This document shows positions 1 to 13,720 of a DNA stretch of 64,000 nt, one piece after another; position 1 is the first letter of the stretch, and the number at the start of each line of letters is the position of its first letter. The position numbers and the translations under genes are program-made. Location of the stretch: positions 4,960,001 to 5,024,000 of the forward strand of contig CM022665.1 in NCBI GenBank assembly GCA_012295275.1. The letters are read 5' to 3'. The DNA comes from Chrysomallon squamiferum. Lineage: Eukaryota > Animalia > Mollusca. A model generated the notes under the pieces. It was not told the DNA's origin. It did not search any database and saw only the letters and a list, made by a program, of their open reading frames with translations.

Positions 1-1159
1 TCACCCTAGTCGATATATCTGACGCTCAGAAACGAAGAAAAAATTCAAATACCTAACAAAAGTATGCTGACTTAACGCCACCACTCACCAGTGGTGAAAT
101 CTCAGGATTACAGTTTAAATGACTCAAAAAAAAAAAAAAAAAAAAAAATGCTTCAAGCAGTTTTATGATTTGGACCATAAACCAAGCACTAAAATATCCA
201 CATTTATATCATAAACGTCTCATGTTACACATTATATGAACCTTTAAATATGTACGCAAATGAAATGGAGATATTTGACTCTGCAACCCCAGTATTCATA
301 ACAGCCAAATTTTTTTTTTTTTTTAAATCAGATATTCTGTAATAACTTAAAATGAAAGAGAAAGACATGGGCCTCGAGGGACTGGTTTCTGTATTTTATC
401 TCACAGATTATCTCTCTTTTATAACTGACCCGTTAAATATGTGTTGAATTCGGTAACTGACCGTGTTTAAATATAAAACTGATCAGTACACTGAAGTAAA
501 GTTTTCGCACACATGAACGTATGTAGCACATACTTGTTAATGTTAACGTGCAACGCACTGAGAAAACACGATCCAGTCTGGTGATATTAGCGTATTTTAT
601 ATACCACTATTGCTTTTTTCACACTGAATTAGTTTGCATTTATTATGCTGGTGTCTGTGTAAGTAAATATATGTATGTAGTCATATACTTATGTATATAT
701 GTATGTATGTGTACATCAGCGTAAGTACTCGAAAAAAATCCATAATATGTGTATACCTGTGCATGTAAGGACATCTTTGAATCCCTGTAAATACATACAT
801 ATATTAAATGGTTTGGGTAAATGTTTAATTGATACATAGGGAAATACTGCTTAATGAGAAAATAGTACGCGTTTTTTTTATCTTTAAAATAAGTGTGTTT
901 GAAGTACAAATATAATATTCATTCCTTAAAGAAAATAGTCAATACTGATATTTGACTTGTTCAAACAATTGTATTCAGTTCGATTATCGATTAATCACAA
1001 AGAGAAATAATGTTTATTTAGCGATAAACGGGACTTGCTATTTAATCAGTGGTTATAGCGTGGCAAGTATAATAATGTGTTAAAGAAAAGAAAATAATAC
1101 TTGAGAGACATATACACTGGATTTTTTTTTTACAAAATTTTATTATTATTATTAGTAGT

Positions 1160-1190
<31 letters not shown>

Positions 1191-1368
1191 GTAGTAGTAG
1201 TATTATATTATTATTAGTATTATTATTATATTATTAGTAGTATTATTGTTATATTATTATTATTACTGATGATGATGATATCTGTATTTTTTCTATATTT
1301 TTTATTTTTATTTTATATTATTTTTATATTATGGTACTGAATTATTATTTATTTATTTATTTATATAT

Positions 1369-1403
<35 letters not shown>

Positions 1404-1824
1404 CTTTATTTCAATATTTGATATATTCTTTTTAAAAAATGTATTTCTTTTATTTCCTCATATTTGTAATTATTTTATTTTATATTATTTATTTATTCGT
1501 TCATTTTACTTGTTATTTATTTCATTTTTTTTTTTTTTTTTTTTCAGTGTTATTTCAGTTTATTTTGTTGCGTGTTACTCTTTATGATAAAAGTTAAGAG
1601 ACAGTTCTTAGTTCTTGTACGAGGTGGCGAAGCAGTTGTTCTTACATTCAAAGAAGATCCCAAAGAAGATGTGCAGCATCGTAGTTAGAGATCTATCAGT
1701 CTTAAAGCTCCCGGGACACGATCACAGGACCTACTAGTATAGAAATCGATAGTTTAACCATAGCGCGGCATTGAAGCAGTTCAGGAAAACGTCAAAAGAC
1801 ACATTGCTTAGGTAAATGAGGTAG

Positions 1825-1861
<37 letters not shown>

Positions 1862-2468
1862 GACACACATACACACACGTACACAGACACACACACACAC
1901 ACACACATATACATCGAAACACAGGTTACATGGATCATGGAAGACAGAGACAATTTATATGTGAAAATGAGGCAGATTCGCAATATACATAAAAAAACAC
2001 AAAAAAAAAAACACGCGTTATCTAGTAAATGGGGAAAAGAGGCAGACAAAAAAATAGGGATCGAGGAAGGCTCGAAGATATATGCGAAAATGAGGCGGGT
2101 ATATAGACACATCAACAGAAAGGTCACACGGTGCGTATCAAAAATAGGCCGTCTCACAGATATATCAAAATAAAGGTTACGAGGTGCATGCGAAAATGTG
2201 AAGATTGAAAGATATACCCAAAGACGACTAATAACGAAACTCGATGAAGTATGCTGTAATGACAAGAAGGTGTTTGAGTGTGTCTGGGTTGTTTTTTTTT
2301 TTTTTTTTTTTTTTTTGCAGGGTGGATGTGGTTTTTTTGGTTTGTGGTTGTGTTTGAGGGGAGTGTTTGTTTTTATGTTGTTATTGTTTTTTTTTAATTT
2401 ACATGTCATTCCTTTTGTGTATGATCTAATATGTTTGTTGTTGTTTTGTTGTTTTTGGGTGGTTTTTT

Positions 2469-2501
<33 letters not shown>

Positions 2502-2569
2502 CATATTTCGTTTGAAGTAAGAGTACTGGATTCTGTTTTAGGTTTTAGCTTATGTTCGCAAAAAAAAAA

Positions 2570-2604
<35 letters not shown>

Positions 2605-2969
2605 GTTCTTTGAGTTTTGTTTCCGTTGAATTTTGTTGTTGTTGTATTTTGGCAGCTAACATGAAATAGTTTTTTTATATATATATATAGTCCAAATACT
2701 TCCATATGTAAAGAGAAAACGTTTGAAATGAATAATATTTCACTTTAATAGTGTAATAAAAAAAAACAGAAAATTAATCTATGGATTAAAGAGTAAATAT
2801 ATATTTATTAACATATCTCTTTGATGAACACGTAGGTTTGAACTGATTAATGACGCAAACAAAGCAAATTTTTCTCTTTTGAGATACTAAACGTTACAGA
2901 TATCAAAAGAAATCTGCTAAGGATACGAAATATTTCTCATACATACAGTCGCATACTTCTGATTTTGAT

Positions 2970-3141
2970 TGCAAATTTGATAAAGTAGTAATTGTATAAT
3001 AGATAATCAATACTAAATGTATTTAACAATATCACAAGATGATTTCTGCTCTCTGCAGATTTGATAAAGTGGTAATTGTATAATAGATAATAAATACTAA
3101 ATGTATTTAACAATATCACAAAATGATTTCTGCTCTCTGCA
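2970..3141. repeat. 84-bp tandem duplication (2 copies)
   Basis: The block TGCARATTTGATAAAGT...GATTTCTGCTCTCTGCA starts at 2970 and again at 3054, with only a few mismatches. Confidence 0.85.
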
Positions 3142-3776
3142 AACTGTTATAATTTCAATATGCAATGTTGGTACTGGATAATGTTTTTATTATTATTTTT
3201 TTTTTTTTTTTTTTTTTAAATGTCCTAATATATAAGAAAACAAATATAACTTAACAAAATTAAGTGATATTTGAATTCTGACTAAACACTTTCTTTGACT
3301 CTCTGTCTCTGCTTCCCTTTCCTAAACGGCTTGTGTTGGTATACAAATGTTTTAACGTAACACAATACATTTTTGAAACACAGTTTCTTTTTTGGTGGAA
3401 TGGGGAATTATGAAAAAAAAAATGTTTTAAAGCAACACAATAAATTTTCGAAACACAACCTTTAACAATATCAATACGAACAGTTTGAATTATAAGACCA
3501 CTTTCAAAAACGTTTTATCCCAGCAGTTTAAAAACTTGCAGTTGTGGAATTATAAACTCCAAACAGCTTGACGGTCTTGTGTAAATCGCAAACTTTTGAA
3601 AAGAGAAAATACAATAAACTTACAAAACCATAAAACGAAGGGGAGAACAGTTGTATGATAAAGATGTTAAAATATCTATTTTTATATATACGTATTTCTA
3701 TATTTTGACATTTTTGTAGGAGGTGAAACTTTACGAAAGGAAAATACACGGTGAGAAATTTAAAAATAACCAAACA

Positions 3777-3822
<46 letters not shown>

Positions 3823-3849
3823 GTAATAATAAATATATAAATCAATAAA

Positions 3850-4243
3850 TTAATTAATAAACAAATAAATAAAAAGATGACACTCTATAGATGTCCAGAT
3901 GAGACTGGCTAAAAGGTGGAATCTGTTTTCCCAATCAGCTACTTCACGGATTCTGGACATTTCTTTCTTCCTTTCTTGTTTTCCTCTCCCACAGCGAGAG
4001 CTCCTCGTTAGACGACAGACTGGAACGAGAACCACTGACCAATTTTGCGACAGACTCGGAGATGGGAACATGACAACAGGTAACTCTGGAATGGCAAGCT
4101 TACCTGTTTCCGTGTTCATGTGGAGATCTTCAAATTCCAAAGACTTTCGTCTGTGTCTTCTGCCGATTCTCCAATTAGCTGAAAAGTTTATAGATATAAT
4201 GTATAAACTGACAATTTCTTTTCTTAATTTTATTTGCCTCTCT

Positions 4244-4334
<91 letters not shown>

Positions 4335-4488
4335 GTGTGTCTCTCTCTCTGTCTCTCTGTTTCTCTATCTTTCTCTCTTTCTCTCTCATTCTCTCTGTCT
4401 CTCTCTGTGTCTCTGTGTCTCTGTGTGTCTCTCTCTTTCTCTCTCTCTGTCTCTGTCTCTCTCTGTGTGTCTCTCTCTGTGTCTCTGT

Positions 4489-4563
<75 letters not shown>

Positions 4564-5335
4564 CCTCTCACCCTCTCCCTCTCTCTTTATCTCTGTGCGT
4601 GAAGAGTGACTACCTTTGGTTTTTCGTTTTGTCGGTGTTGATGCACGACACGATAAGGTAACGGGATAAGGGTCAACAGAAAGTTTATATCTCGGACTCA
4701 TTTCACCTTCTTCCTTTTCTTCTGGTACTATCAAGCAGAAGGAAAAAAAAAAAATATATATATATATATAAGAGAAATTTATTAATTTCACATAAACAAA
4801 AATATTTACCTTTTAAACACGTGCAACATGTCGATATAAAGTTCGTCCTGAAACCATTATTCAGCGGTCTTAACGGATAAAACATTTCTTTAAGAAAAAG
4901 ATCTATATTTACGTGATACACGATCACAGGAGACTTTTTTTTTTTTTTTATTAAATATCTTTCAGGTGGTATACAAAAAAAAAAAAAAAAAAGAGTAATA
5001 AACCGAGTAAGTTTATCACGGACTGTTCCCAAGTTTTAACTGAGAGAGAGAGAGTTAACAGCGTGACGAGAATAACGTTACGAGCGTGTGTGATTGTTTC
5101 AAAAGATAACACAGATGTTATGATTAATTATAAAGACAAATAAATTCATCTAGAAATCACAACTGTCCAGCGCTTCTCCTGGTTCTGTACAAATGATGTG
5201 GTTAGCAGCAATCGTCAGCAACATTAACGGCGGATCGAAGGAATATAGAAAAGGGAGATGGGCACAAATGATGATGTTACAGATAAAATTAGTTTATTTT
5301 GATCTACAAAAATATATTTATTTAAAAAAGAGAAT

Positions 5336-5368
<33 letters not shown>

Positions 5369-5849
5369 AAAAAAAAGAAGAATTAGGTGAAATGTGTAAC
5401 GTTTGAACTACTCGTAAAGCTTTGCCGCTGTTGTGTCCTACCTACGTGATGTATCAGAGACGGATTCCGGAGTAAAGGGGAAAAGGATGCATAACATTTT
5501 GAATGACTAGATTACATGAAAATGTACAGTATGCGCGCGCCCTCTCCCTCACTACCAAACTTGTTCTGCAGATCAACTGTCACACTTGGATTCGCTTATC
5601 TACAAGACTATATAACTTACTTTTCGGCTGGCTGGTCAGGTTGGATTTCATCTCAAGTTGCATGGCTTTAAGATGCTCTCTTAACTGTTTCTCTTCTCTG
5701 GCCATCTGAGCAGAAACGAGCTTTCTTTCTCTGTCTATTATGATAGTTTTCTTCAGCAGGGAATTTCGTCGAGCACTGTTTTTGACACTTGCATCTCTGA
5801 AACTTTTACAGCTTTCTTTAATGTACTTATCCAAGGAATTTGGTTCCAT
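3850..5849 (-). CDS. Uncharacterised small coiled-coil protein, spliced (3' end uncertain)
   Basis: Phase-consistent exons: 5849-5621 (ATG; donor A|GTAAGT, phase 1), 4727-4614 (TAG acceptor, G|GT donor, phase 1), and a third starting at 4178 (CAG acceptor). The third exon either splices at 4104 (G|GTAAG) or reads on to the stop at 3850. Exon 1 encodes a heptad-rich helix (IDRERKLVSAQMAREEKQLREHLKAMQLEMK). Confidence 0.6.
4238..4595. repeat. (CT)n/(CTGT)n compound microsatellite, intronic
   Basis: Direct reading. It is the source of the poly-SL and poly-RE ORFs in the track. Confidence 0.95.
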
Positions 5850-6704
5850 TTCGTCGCTGTATTGTTTAAGTTGTTTCTTTTGTTTTAATGATTCTGTTTG
5901 GTTTTCTGTTATTCAGTTCTTTTTAATACTAATAATTTATAGAGTGTTTTATTCTTGGGGGTTTTATTCTGTTTTTCCCTCCAAAAACCGCAGTCCTGAT
6001 TCGATATTATATTGAAAATGAATCAACCGATATCCCTGATGTTTCTGAACAAAATATTCTCTCTGAAGCTTAACGTTCTTCTACACTTGATTGTCTATGG
6101 TCGTAACTGTCTTCCTTGAATTCTCAAATCTTCGAAAAGAAAAATTAAGTACAAACAAGAATCAAATGTAAAACCAAGAATAAAAGATTTAACGTGGGGA
6201 CGTAAAATAAGGAATGACATAAAAATAGAAAAAAAAAGATTAAAAACAAAAAATAATAAATTCTGAGGCATTCTAGATGGCAATAAATTTTTACAATGTA
6301 TAAATATTTTTAGGCTGACAGTGCGGATGAAAGACGAAACCCCTTAGACTGGTTTTATGTTACTCGCTGTTCTTTTGTTTATTTTTGCTTTTGTTGACGT
6401 TAATGATTCGTTTTCATAATTTACTGAAACAAAATATTTTTCTATTTTATTGTTCTCGCAAATGGGTGAAAGATTCCACGTATATACGTTAACCTCGCTC
6501 ACTCGAAGGTTTCATTAGTTGTACTATTTATTGGCAGTACACATTACGGTAGAGCATAACTCTTTGTAGACACCTTTAGTGTCAGAGGTAGGCCCGATTT
6601 CCTTACCTTATTTATAATATTATATCCATTTTTCTGCTAAATAACGTCTGCATTCATTAAATATATTAATTTATCGTAAGTAACGGACCGATGTGTATAT
6701 ATCA

Positions 6705-7358
6705 ATATGTACTGAATTTATAAAGCCAAGAATAAAATAAAATAAAACAAAACGTCTCTTACCACATCGGCTATATTATATAAACAGATTCCATTAATCG
6801 TGCAGACGACAAATATTATGACGTAGTGTTTTCGAGCATTACGTAACAAAAAATGAAATGATAACCAGAAACACTTTAACTGACGTTTGTTACACCACAA
6901 ACCAGAAACTGATATAATGATTCATACATTTCAGAACTGTCATTTTTTAAAGAGAAATTTGTTTAAATAAAAATGGAAATTAAAAGGGTTATTTTAATGT
7001 GTACCGTTGTGCTGATATATGTACTGAATTTATAAAGCCAAGAACAAAATAAAATAAAATAAAATAAAATAAAACGTCTCTTACCACATCTACTATATTA
7101 TATAAACGGATTCCATTAATCGAGCAGACGGCAAAATTATCCTATTTGTCTAATCTGTTTAAAGTGTTAGCTTATGACGTAGTTTTTTCAAGCATTACGT
7201 AACTTAAATGAAATGATAACTAGAAACACTTTAACTGTCATTTGTTACACCACAAACCAGAAACTGATATGAGACACACATTTTAAGTACTGTCATTTTT
7301 TGAGAGAAATTTCTATAAATAAAAAGTGAACTTAAAAAGGTGTATTTAATATGTCACC
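6705..7358. repeat. ~310-340 bp diverged tandem duplication (2 copies)
   Basis: ATATGTACTGAATTTATAAAGCCAAGAA...TTTGTTACACCACAAACCAGAAACTGATAT... starts at 6705 and again at 7017. The second copy has a ~30 bp insertion. Confidence 0.85.
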
Positions 7359-10300
7359 ACTCCCCCCACACACACACACACAAAAAAAGTTTAAATTGAA
7401 AATATCGTTGATAATGGTAAATTGATCTTCTTGGAAGGACCGAGAAATTTTAAGACCGCTAAGTTTACAATTGTCGAATGCACAATGTGTGTTTTGGGGT
7501 GCGTGCGCATACATACGCACGCAAATAAAATAACACTCCAAATAATGAGAAAACTGTAAATGCTAATAATTTAAGTCATGTCATTATCACATAGTTCATC
7601 GCCTAGTGTTGAAGGTTGTATGATAACAAGGCGATCAAAATATACACTAAAACAGCCTTGTTTTTAGTAATACAGACGTATTACATATAAAACCTAACAA
7701 TGAAAACGTTTATCTTTGACTGAAAGAAAAACAAAATGTCTCAAAGGGGGTTCCGAAATTAACAAAGCAGTTACAGGACAATTATAAAATAAAACTAATA
7801 AAATAAATAATAAAAATAAATTTAAACAGTTATTTATCGCACGAGAAATAACAAAATATAAATTCTGTTTAGAAATGTTTTTCGTATATTTTTCTTTTCT
7901 TTCCTTCTTTTTTTTTTTTTATGCTGTCACTCTTTATTTGCAATTACATAAGGCATTAAATTTAACAATTATATAATTACTATGTATCATCTATTTATCA
8001 CGACGATAATGCTGACATTCTACATGGTCTCAGTTTAGCATGTGATACGTTCTAAAGTGAAACTTGTTTGTCAGTTATTTGCTATTATTTCAGAAAGTAA
8101 AATAAATTGTACTAGACACCTGTATCGGTTTTTAAAATCTTTTGTTGCGCTCTGAAGGTTTTATTTATGTTTTGTCTCGATTCTTTCAATTTTAATTGTT
8201 GTTTTAATAGATTTATTGTATCCACTATCTGTTTGTTTACTTCGGTCAAAGTATTGGTTAACAGATTAGCAATGGTCGGGTCTGTTATTAAATATGTTTC
8301 CTTTACTGGATAATTATTTTTCAGTATCGTTTTAAATCACATAGTAATTTTCTGAAGAATAAATAAAGAAAAATATCTTAGTTAAAATGTAACACTACAA
8401 CATAACGAAAAAAAAAAAAACCTGGTTTATTCCTTAAAATGTATTACGTTTAGTCAAAGAAAATGTTTATAAAGTCGTGTAAACAAACATTGTATATTCT
8501 TTGAGAATGTATTACATCAAGTCAAATCACTAAGATATAACGTTATACTCGCGTGGTATTTTCCGTAAAAACGATTGCATAAAAACGCAAAAAGACTGTC
8601 TACAATATAACTTACCTGACGTATTTCTCAAAAACGTATGACGTTTATTTAAGGAAAGTTTATACTGCACACGCGCACAACTTAGTGGTGGGCACGGATA
8701 TGAAAACAGTGGTGGAAATTGTGGTGTTGTCTAGGTAGCATTTCGTGCACATCAGTTCCTGTACCCCTAACCAAAGCGATCGCCCGTACTCCTATGAAAC
8801 ATTGCATATTACTATTCCGTGGAGATGGTGTTATATTCACTGAAAGAGAATCTCTGCAACAAAACGTCAAACTGACCTGCACAAATTGGAATCTCTTGCA
8901 AAGATAACGTCACACTAACCTTACCTATTACTCGAAAACACTACTAAAGAACATTACTACTACAGCTTAACGTAATGTCCAGGCCGGCGTTTAGTCACAT
9001 AGTAATAACAAACCGTGTTTACATTTGAAAACTGCATGCGAATATTGCGTTGTTGTTCACGATAAGGTTTCGGTTGTTTGACAGGTTCTGGCCGAGAGAA
9101 TGGAGTGGGTGAGTGGGGTAAGGAGATATTGATAATGAAGTCGATTTCCTTTTAGTGTGTTTACTGCAGGCTTGTTTTAACGAGCTGTTTAAACAGTCAT
9201 CTGTTGTTTGTGAACGAGGGTCGTATTTCTCATATTTACGATTAAAACAGACTTGCAAGTTCTGATCCTCTTTACAGATGAAAGCATTCAAGTCAATGCA
9301 TCTTATTACATGTTACGTTTAATTATTTGCATCAGTACTTTTCGATAATAAAGTTAATATCTTCATTCGTTTCTTAACATTGTAAAGAAAGTTAAAAGTC
9401 ATTTGGTTTCACGATACACTGAAATTTCTATTGATTAAACTCTTCAATATTCAGAAGCCGAGGGAAAACAAGGGCTTGATATTTCCATAAAATATTTTTT
9501 TATAAGCCTTTTGAAATATGCAAAATTCACTAACATGGCACTCTGTTTTACATTTTTCATTCACCGTCATGACCGCAGACATTACCCACCTCATGTTTTT
9601 TTATTACTGTTGTTGCTGTAGTTGTTGCTTCTGATATTGTTTCGGTGTTATTTATTATTTCCTTATCGTTGTTTGCATGTAAACAAACAATATTTATATT
9701 TGAATTTAAATTTAACGTGTAGACTTCAAAACATCCGCACCAAAAAAATAAATAAATAAATAAATAAAACGAAAATAAATAAATAAATAAATAAAATTAC
9801 AGAAAAGTCAAATTTCCTTGATCCAAGATGAATATGTAGTCAATAAGATACACGCAACTTTTAAACAGAAAATTTTGAAAAGAAAAGTTCACAAAATGAA
9901 GTCATTAATGCTGTAATCTATTTTAAGGTTTCTAAAACAAAATTAATTTTGTCAGATTATCAGGAGAAAGACGCTAAGACCTTTGCTGATTAGATTAGAA
10001 AGAAAAGTGAAGTGACAGCGCGTACGGATTATCGTTTTATCAATGGAGAATGTGTTGTCAGTATTAAAAGATTACCTGTCGTGTGGTTTGTGGGGGTCGC
10101 TCGCTATGTGACGCTCGAAATGCGTTCGAGTAGTCATAAAGTATACAGTCCTTTTGCTTGCTTCGGGAAGAAGTGTTCTTCTTGCTGACAGTGTACTCGA
10201 GTTTAGCGAGGAAACAATCGAAGCAAGCACGTTACTGATCCAACTGGAGAAGAACAAAAGTGGGGGAAAAAAAAAAAAAAAAAGTATATGTTATGTGTCA

Positions 10301-11911
10301 TTTTGCGTGAGAAAATGTATACGTGTGTGTATAGTGAGATACATGTGTTTGTTTGTTTATTTTATTTTATTTATTTATTTTTCTTTTTTAATTTTTTTTT
10401 TTTTTTTTTTTTTTTTTTTGGCATTATCTGTACGTTTACATTAGTTTACGTGGTTTGTGTAGATATTTGTGATAACAAATTCAGGAAAGTGAAGAGGTTT
10501 CCCCCAGTGCATTGTGTTGTTATCATTTCGCACTCTAGTATAATTATTGTTTTATTATTAAAACAGTGAAAAAACACTGATCCACTGCATTGCCCTTTAA
10601 GGTAAAGGAATTAAGAGAAAGATAGTAAACTTAGTTACTGTATGTATTTCGTACATAATTATTCTTACTCATTTGTTTAGAGTTTTATTTCTTATGTTAT
10701 ACTTTTTTGTTACATTTAATTTGATTATTCTCGTTTAGCTTCAAATGTTTAATTTTATGTGATGTTATTTATGTGTCTATCCAAAGGTTTGTCTTGTTTC
10801 TTTATTTTTTAAAATTTACAGTATCTATCCAAAAGGTATTTTATTACTAAACTAGAATTTAAGAAAACATTTTTATTTTTTTAGATTAAAGGGTTTTACA
10901 GTAGTTCTATGAAAATTAATGAGTTATTTTCCATTTATTAAAAATAGAATTTACGATGAAAACAACAACATTGTCGTCAAAGATCATGCACCATTTTATT
11001 GAATCTTTACAGAAAATAGAATAAGAAATTAATCCGTGGGTTACAAAAAAAAAACATTTTCATATTTGGATCGTCTTACGTTAGAATTGGTGAATAGAAA
11101 TATGTCGGAGAACAGCCTTTAGAGCATTATTAAAACGGATTTATACATACACAAAAAGTTTCAAATATTAAATCATACACATACAACACACAACACATAG
11201 AAATATGTACAGCCAGGGATTATACATAAAAGTTTCAAATATTAAATCAAGATGATGGGTCAAACGGTTTCAGGGAATATGTATAAAATAACCAACTAAA
11301 TTCAGGTATTATGTATATTACCTAACATACACTAATACACAAACACACGAACATATACATACACTAACAAAGACATGTATACACCCAGACACACACACAC
11401 TAAAACACACACACTCACAAATCTCATACATAATTTAAAATCAAAGAAACATGGCTGATTTTCATAATCTCATCATAAAGATATTTTCAAGATAAGTAAA
11501 TTTATGTATGCATTCAGTTATGTTTTAAATTATAATGAACTATGTTTGTAATGCATACAAATAAATGAAAATTATTCATACAGGTCGACGAGTACAAAAC
11601 CATAAAATTAACTGTATTAATAACCTGATAAAGTGGACGGGTAGATAAAATATATAAAAAATATCTGGCGTTATTTTATTTTATTTGTTTATTTATCTTC
11701 TTTTTTTTTCTCTCTCTCTTTTTTTACTTCATAAAATGACAAGTGAATAGATGTTGAGAAGCAAAGAAGGAAAGAGATTATAATGTTTACATAAGATCGA
11801 ATTTTGTAATTGGTTAAACAGCCAGGGCTAGTGTCCAGGCAGGGGGGGGGATCGGCGTACGCTGGCTGTCTGCACGGGGGAGGTGCGGTGTTTTCTGTCC
11901 GATACTAGCCA

Positions 11912-12101
11912 CCCTGCCCGTCTCCCTCGCCCACTGGCTGTCTGCCCCGACCCTAGACAGCAGCCCTTTTTTTTTAAGATTTAGAAACAAGAACTAGACC
12001 CAAGATGAAACTATAGACAGTTCAAGTTCCTAAATCTAAAAATAGTAAATAAATTAGGTCTGCATAACAAGGCAGACAGCCAGTGCGGGCGAGGGGCAGG
12101 G
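11912..12101. repeat. Imperfect ~190-nt hairpin, probable left terminus of the first element
   Basis: CCCTGCCC..CCTCGCCCACTGGCTGTCTGCC (11912-11946) pairs with GGCAGACAGCCAGTGCGGGCGAGGGGCAGGG (12071-12101). The inner arms 11971-11995 and 12019-12042 also pair. GCGTACGC lies at 11855-11862. Confidence 0.75.
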
Positions 12102-12119
12102 GGGGGGATAGAATCTGAT

Positions 12120-13720
12120 ATGAAACACCAGAGCATCACCCCCGTGCAGACTAGTTCCATTGAAGTTGTCAAGAATAAGAAGTTGGAATTATTTTTGAAA
12201 CGGAAAGGAGTGGAAACTGTACAAAAAGTCAATCATTTAGAAAACTTTGAAAACAACGAATCAGACGAAGATACAGAAATTGTAAGCAGCTTGTTGCAAA
12301 TTTCCAAAGCAACAATCGAAAGAGGTCTCGGCAGCTGGGTTCTCCGCAACCGAAATCGATCTGACAGAATCTGTGAGAGAAAAGGACCTGGCAGATTGGG
12401 AAGATTCAGATACATGAAAATGCAGCCTAATTACGATGGATTGGTAAGAGAACTTTTCAAAAGAAAGAAAGAATTACAAACGGATTCATTCATCGAATAT
12501 CTTCGACGTGAAGAAAATCCGAGTGAATATCCGCCAGGACGAAAAGTTGCAACTCCTGAAGAATCAGCAACGAACTTCGTAAATTAGCAAATATAGATGC
12601 CTTACACTTAGCAGGCAAGCTGATAGCTACATTGGAAAGCATGGATATCAGTAAAAACTGCATCTTTGTTTAATGTCTTTCAACAGTCAGCAAGACATAC
12701 TGGTTTATTGAACCGTTTAGTCTTTTGCCATCCAATGATGTAGGCTGAATAGAAAAAGACCAAGAATTTTCCGTTGAGTGTTGTGCAAACAAAAGATTCA
12801 TTTTAATTGACGATGTCGAGATAACGGAGGCTACAGTCGAGCGGTACGAGGAACTTTTCTCTGATAACAATGTGGAACACCAGTTCGAATCCTGTTCTGG
12901 ACAAATTGTTAAAAAGATACCCGTAATAATGTCTTATCCGAAGTTTAATACGCTGTTTAATGTTGACATACTGAATGTTAAACAATGGATTCTTAACAAT
13001 ATGCAACAGATTGCCATCAGCTGTCAAAATGCCATTGTTAATTATTTTGAAGTTGTAGGTAGAAAGCAATCTCTAGCTCAGCCTTTGTATTTGTTTTGGT
13101 TGAACTTTATAAACAAAGACAGAATTACTGAAGAAAAAGGCATAGTGAAAAATAACCAGTTCGACTACAGGAGACGATTCAAAAACGGAATAGCATTTGA
13201 CTGTTCCGACGAAACCGTTCTCTTATTCGCTTACCGATATCTTAGGCATGACAAAGTTACAGTACGTTCAGCGAAGGTAGCGGCTTATTAAGTAAACCAT
13301 GGATGGGAGCTATAACAGGCAATCCGCTATCAGCAACCGGCACAGTGACTAAAACATTAACGCAGCGTAAATCTGCTTGCATTGCAGTGCTGCTCGGGCG
13401 TAACTTGGAAGACGGCAAAATTGCGCCGGATTGTCCACTTGACTTTAGATCTAATCAGATTGCTCATCCTTACCAGCCCGTGCTCGACAGCCGTCCTCGA
13501 AGAAGACGAAGAAAATCACTTAGACGCTACTCTTCGGTTTCTGCCAAACAGACTCGACCAGCACGACGAAGAAAATCTGAACAGTCCATCCCGACTAGCA
13601 GTTTGGCGCAGCATTCTTCATCGGCGATTGGAGCAGAAATTGCAAAGGCGGATACAAGAAAGACAGAATAGACAATATGGCAACATCTTACTACAGTATA
13701 ATTGTAGCACCCAACTCTAA
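12120..13720 (+). pseudogene. Gene X copy 1: NS1-helicase-like paralog with decayed motifs, continuing into a novel C-terminal region
   Basis: Joined reading across stops and frameshifts: GPGRLGRFRYMK..VATPEES..IFV*CLSTVSKTYWFIEPF..ILIDD..PVIMS, then in frame LYLFWLNFINKDR..FKNGIAFD and CIAVLLGRNLEDGKIAPDCPLDFR, which is homologous to 17086-17816. Confidence 0.7.

Noticed and set aside
1792-2515. ORFs of 78-205 aa
   Set aside because: Built from (CA)n, poly-T and poly-A tracts, with no splice-consistent model or domain.
3899-4661. Long poly-SL and poly-RE ORFs
   Set aside because: They are translations of the (CT)n microsatellite. Only the flanking minus-strand exons look coding.
10072-10260. 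CpG-richer segment with a minus-strand CAG|GTAAT donor, a possible 5' UTR exon
   Set aside because: It cannot be linked to a gene without transcript data.
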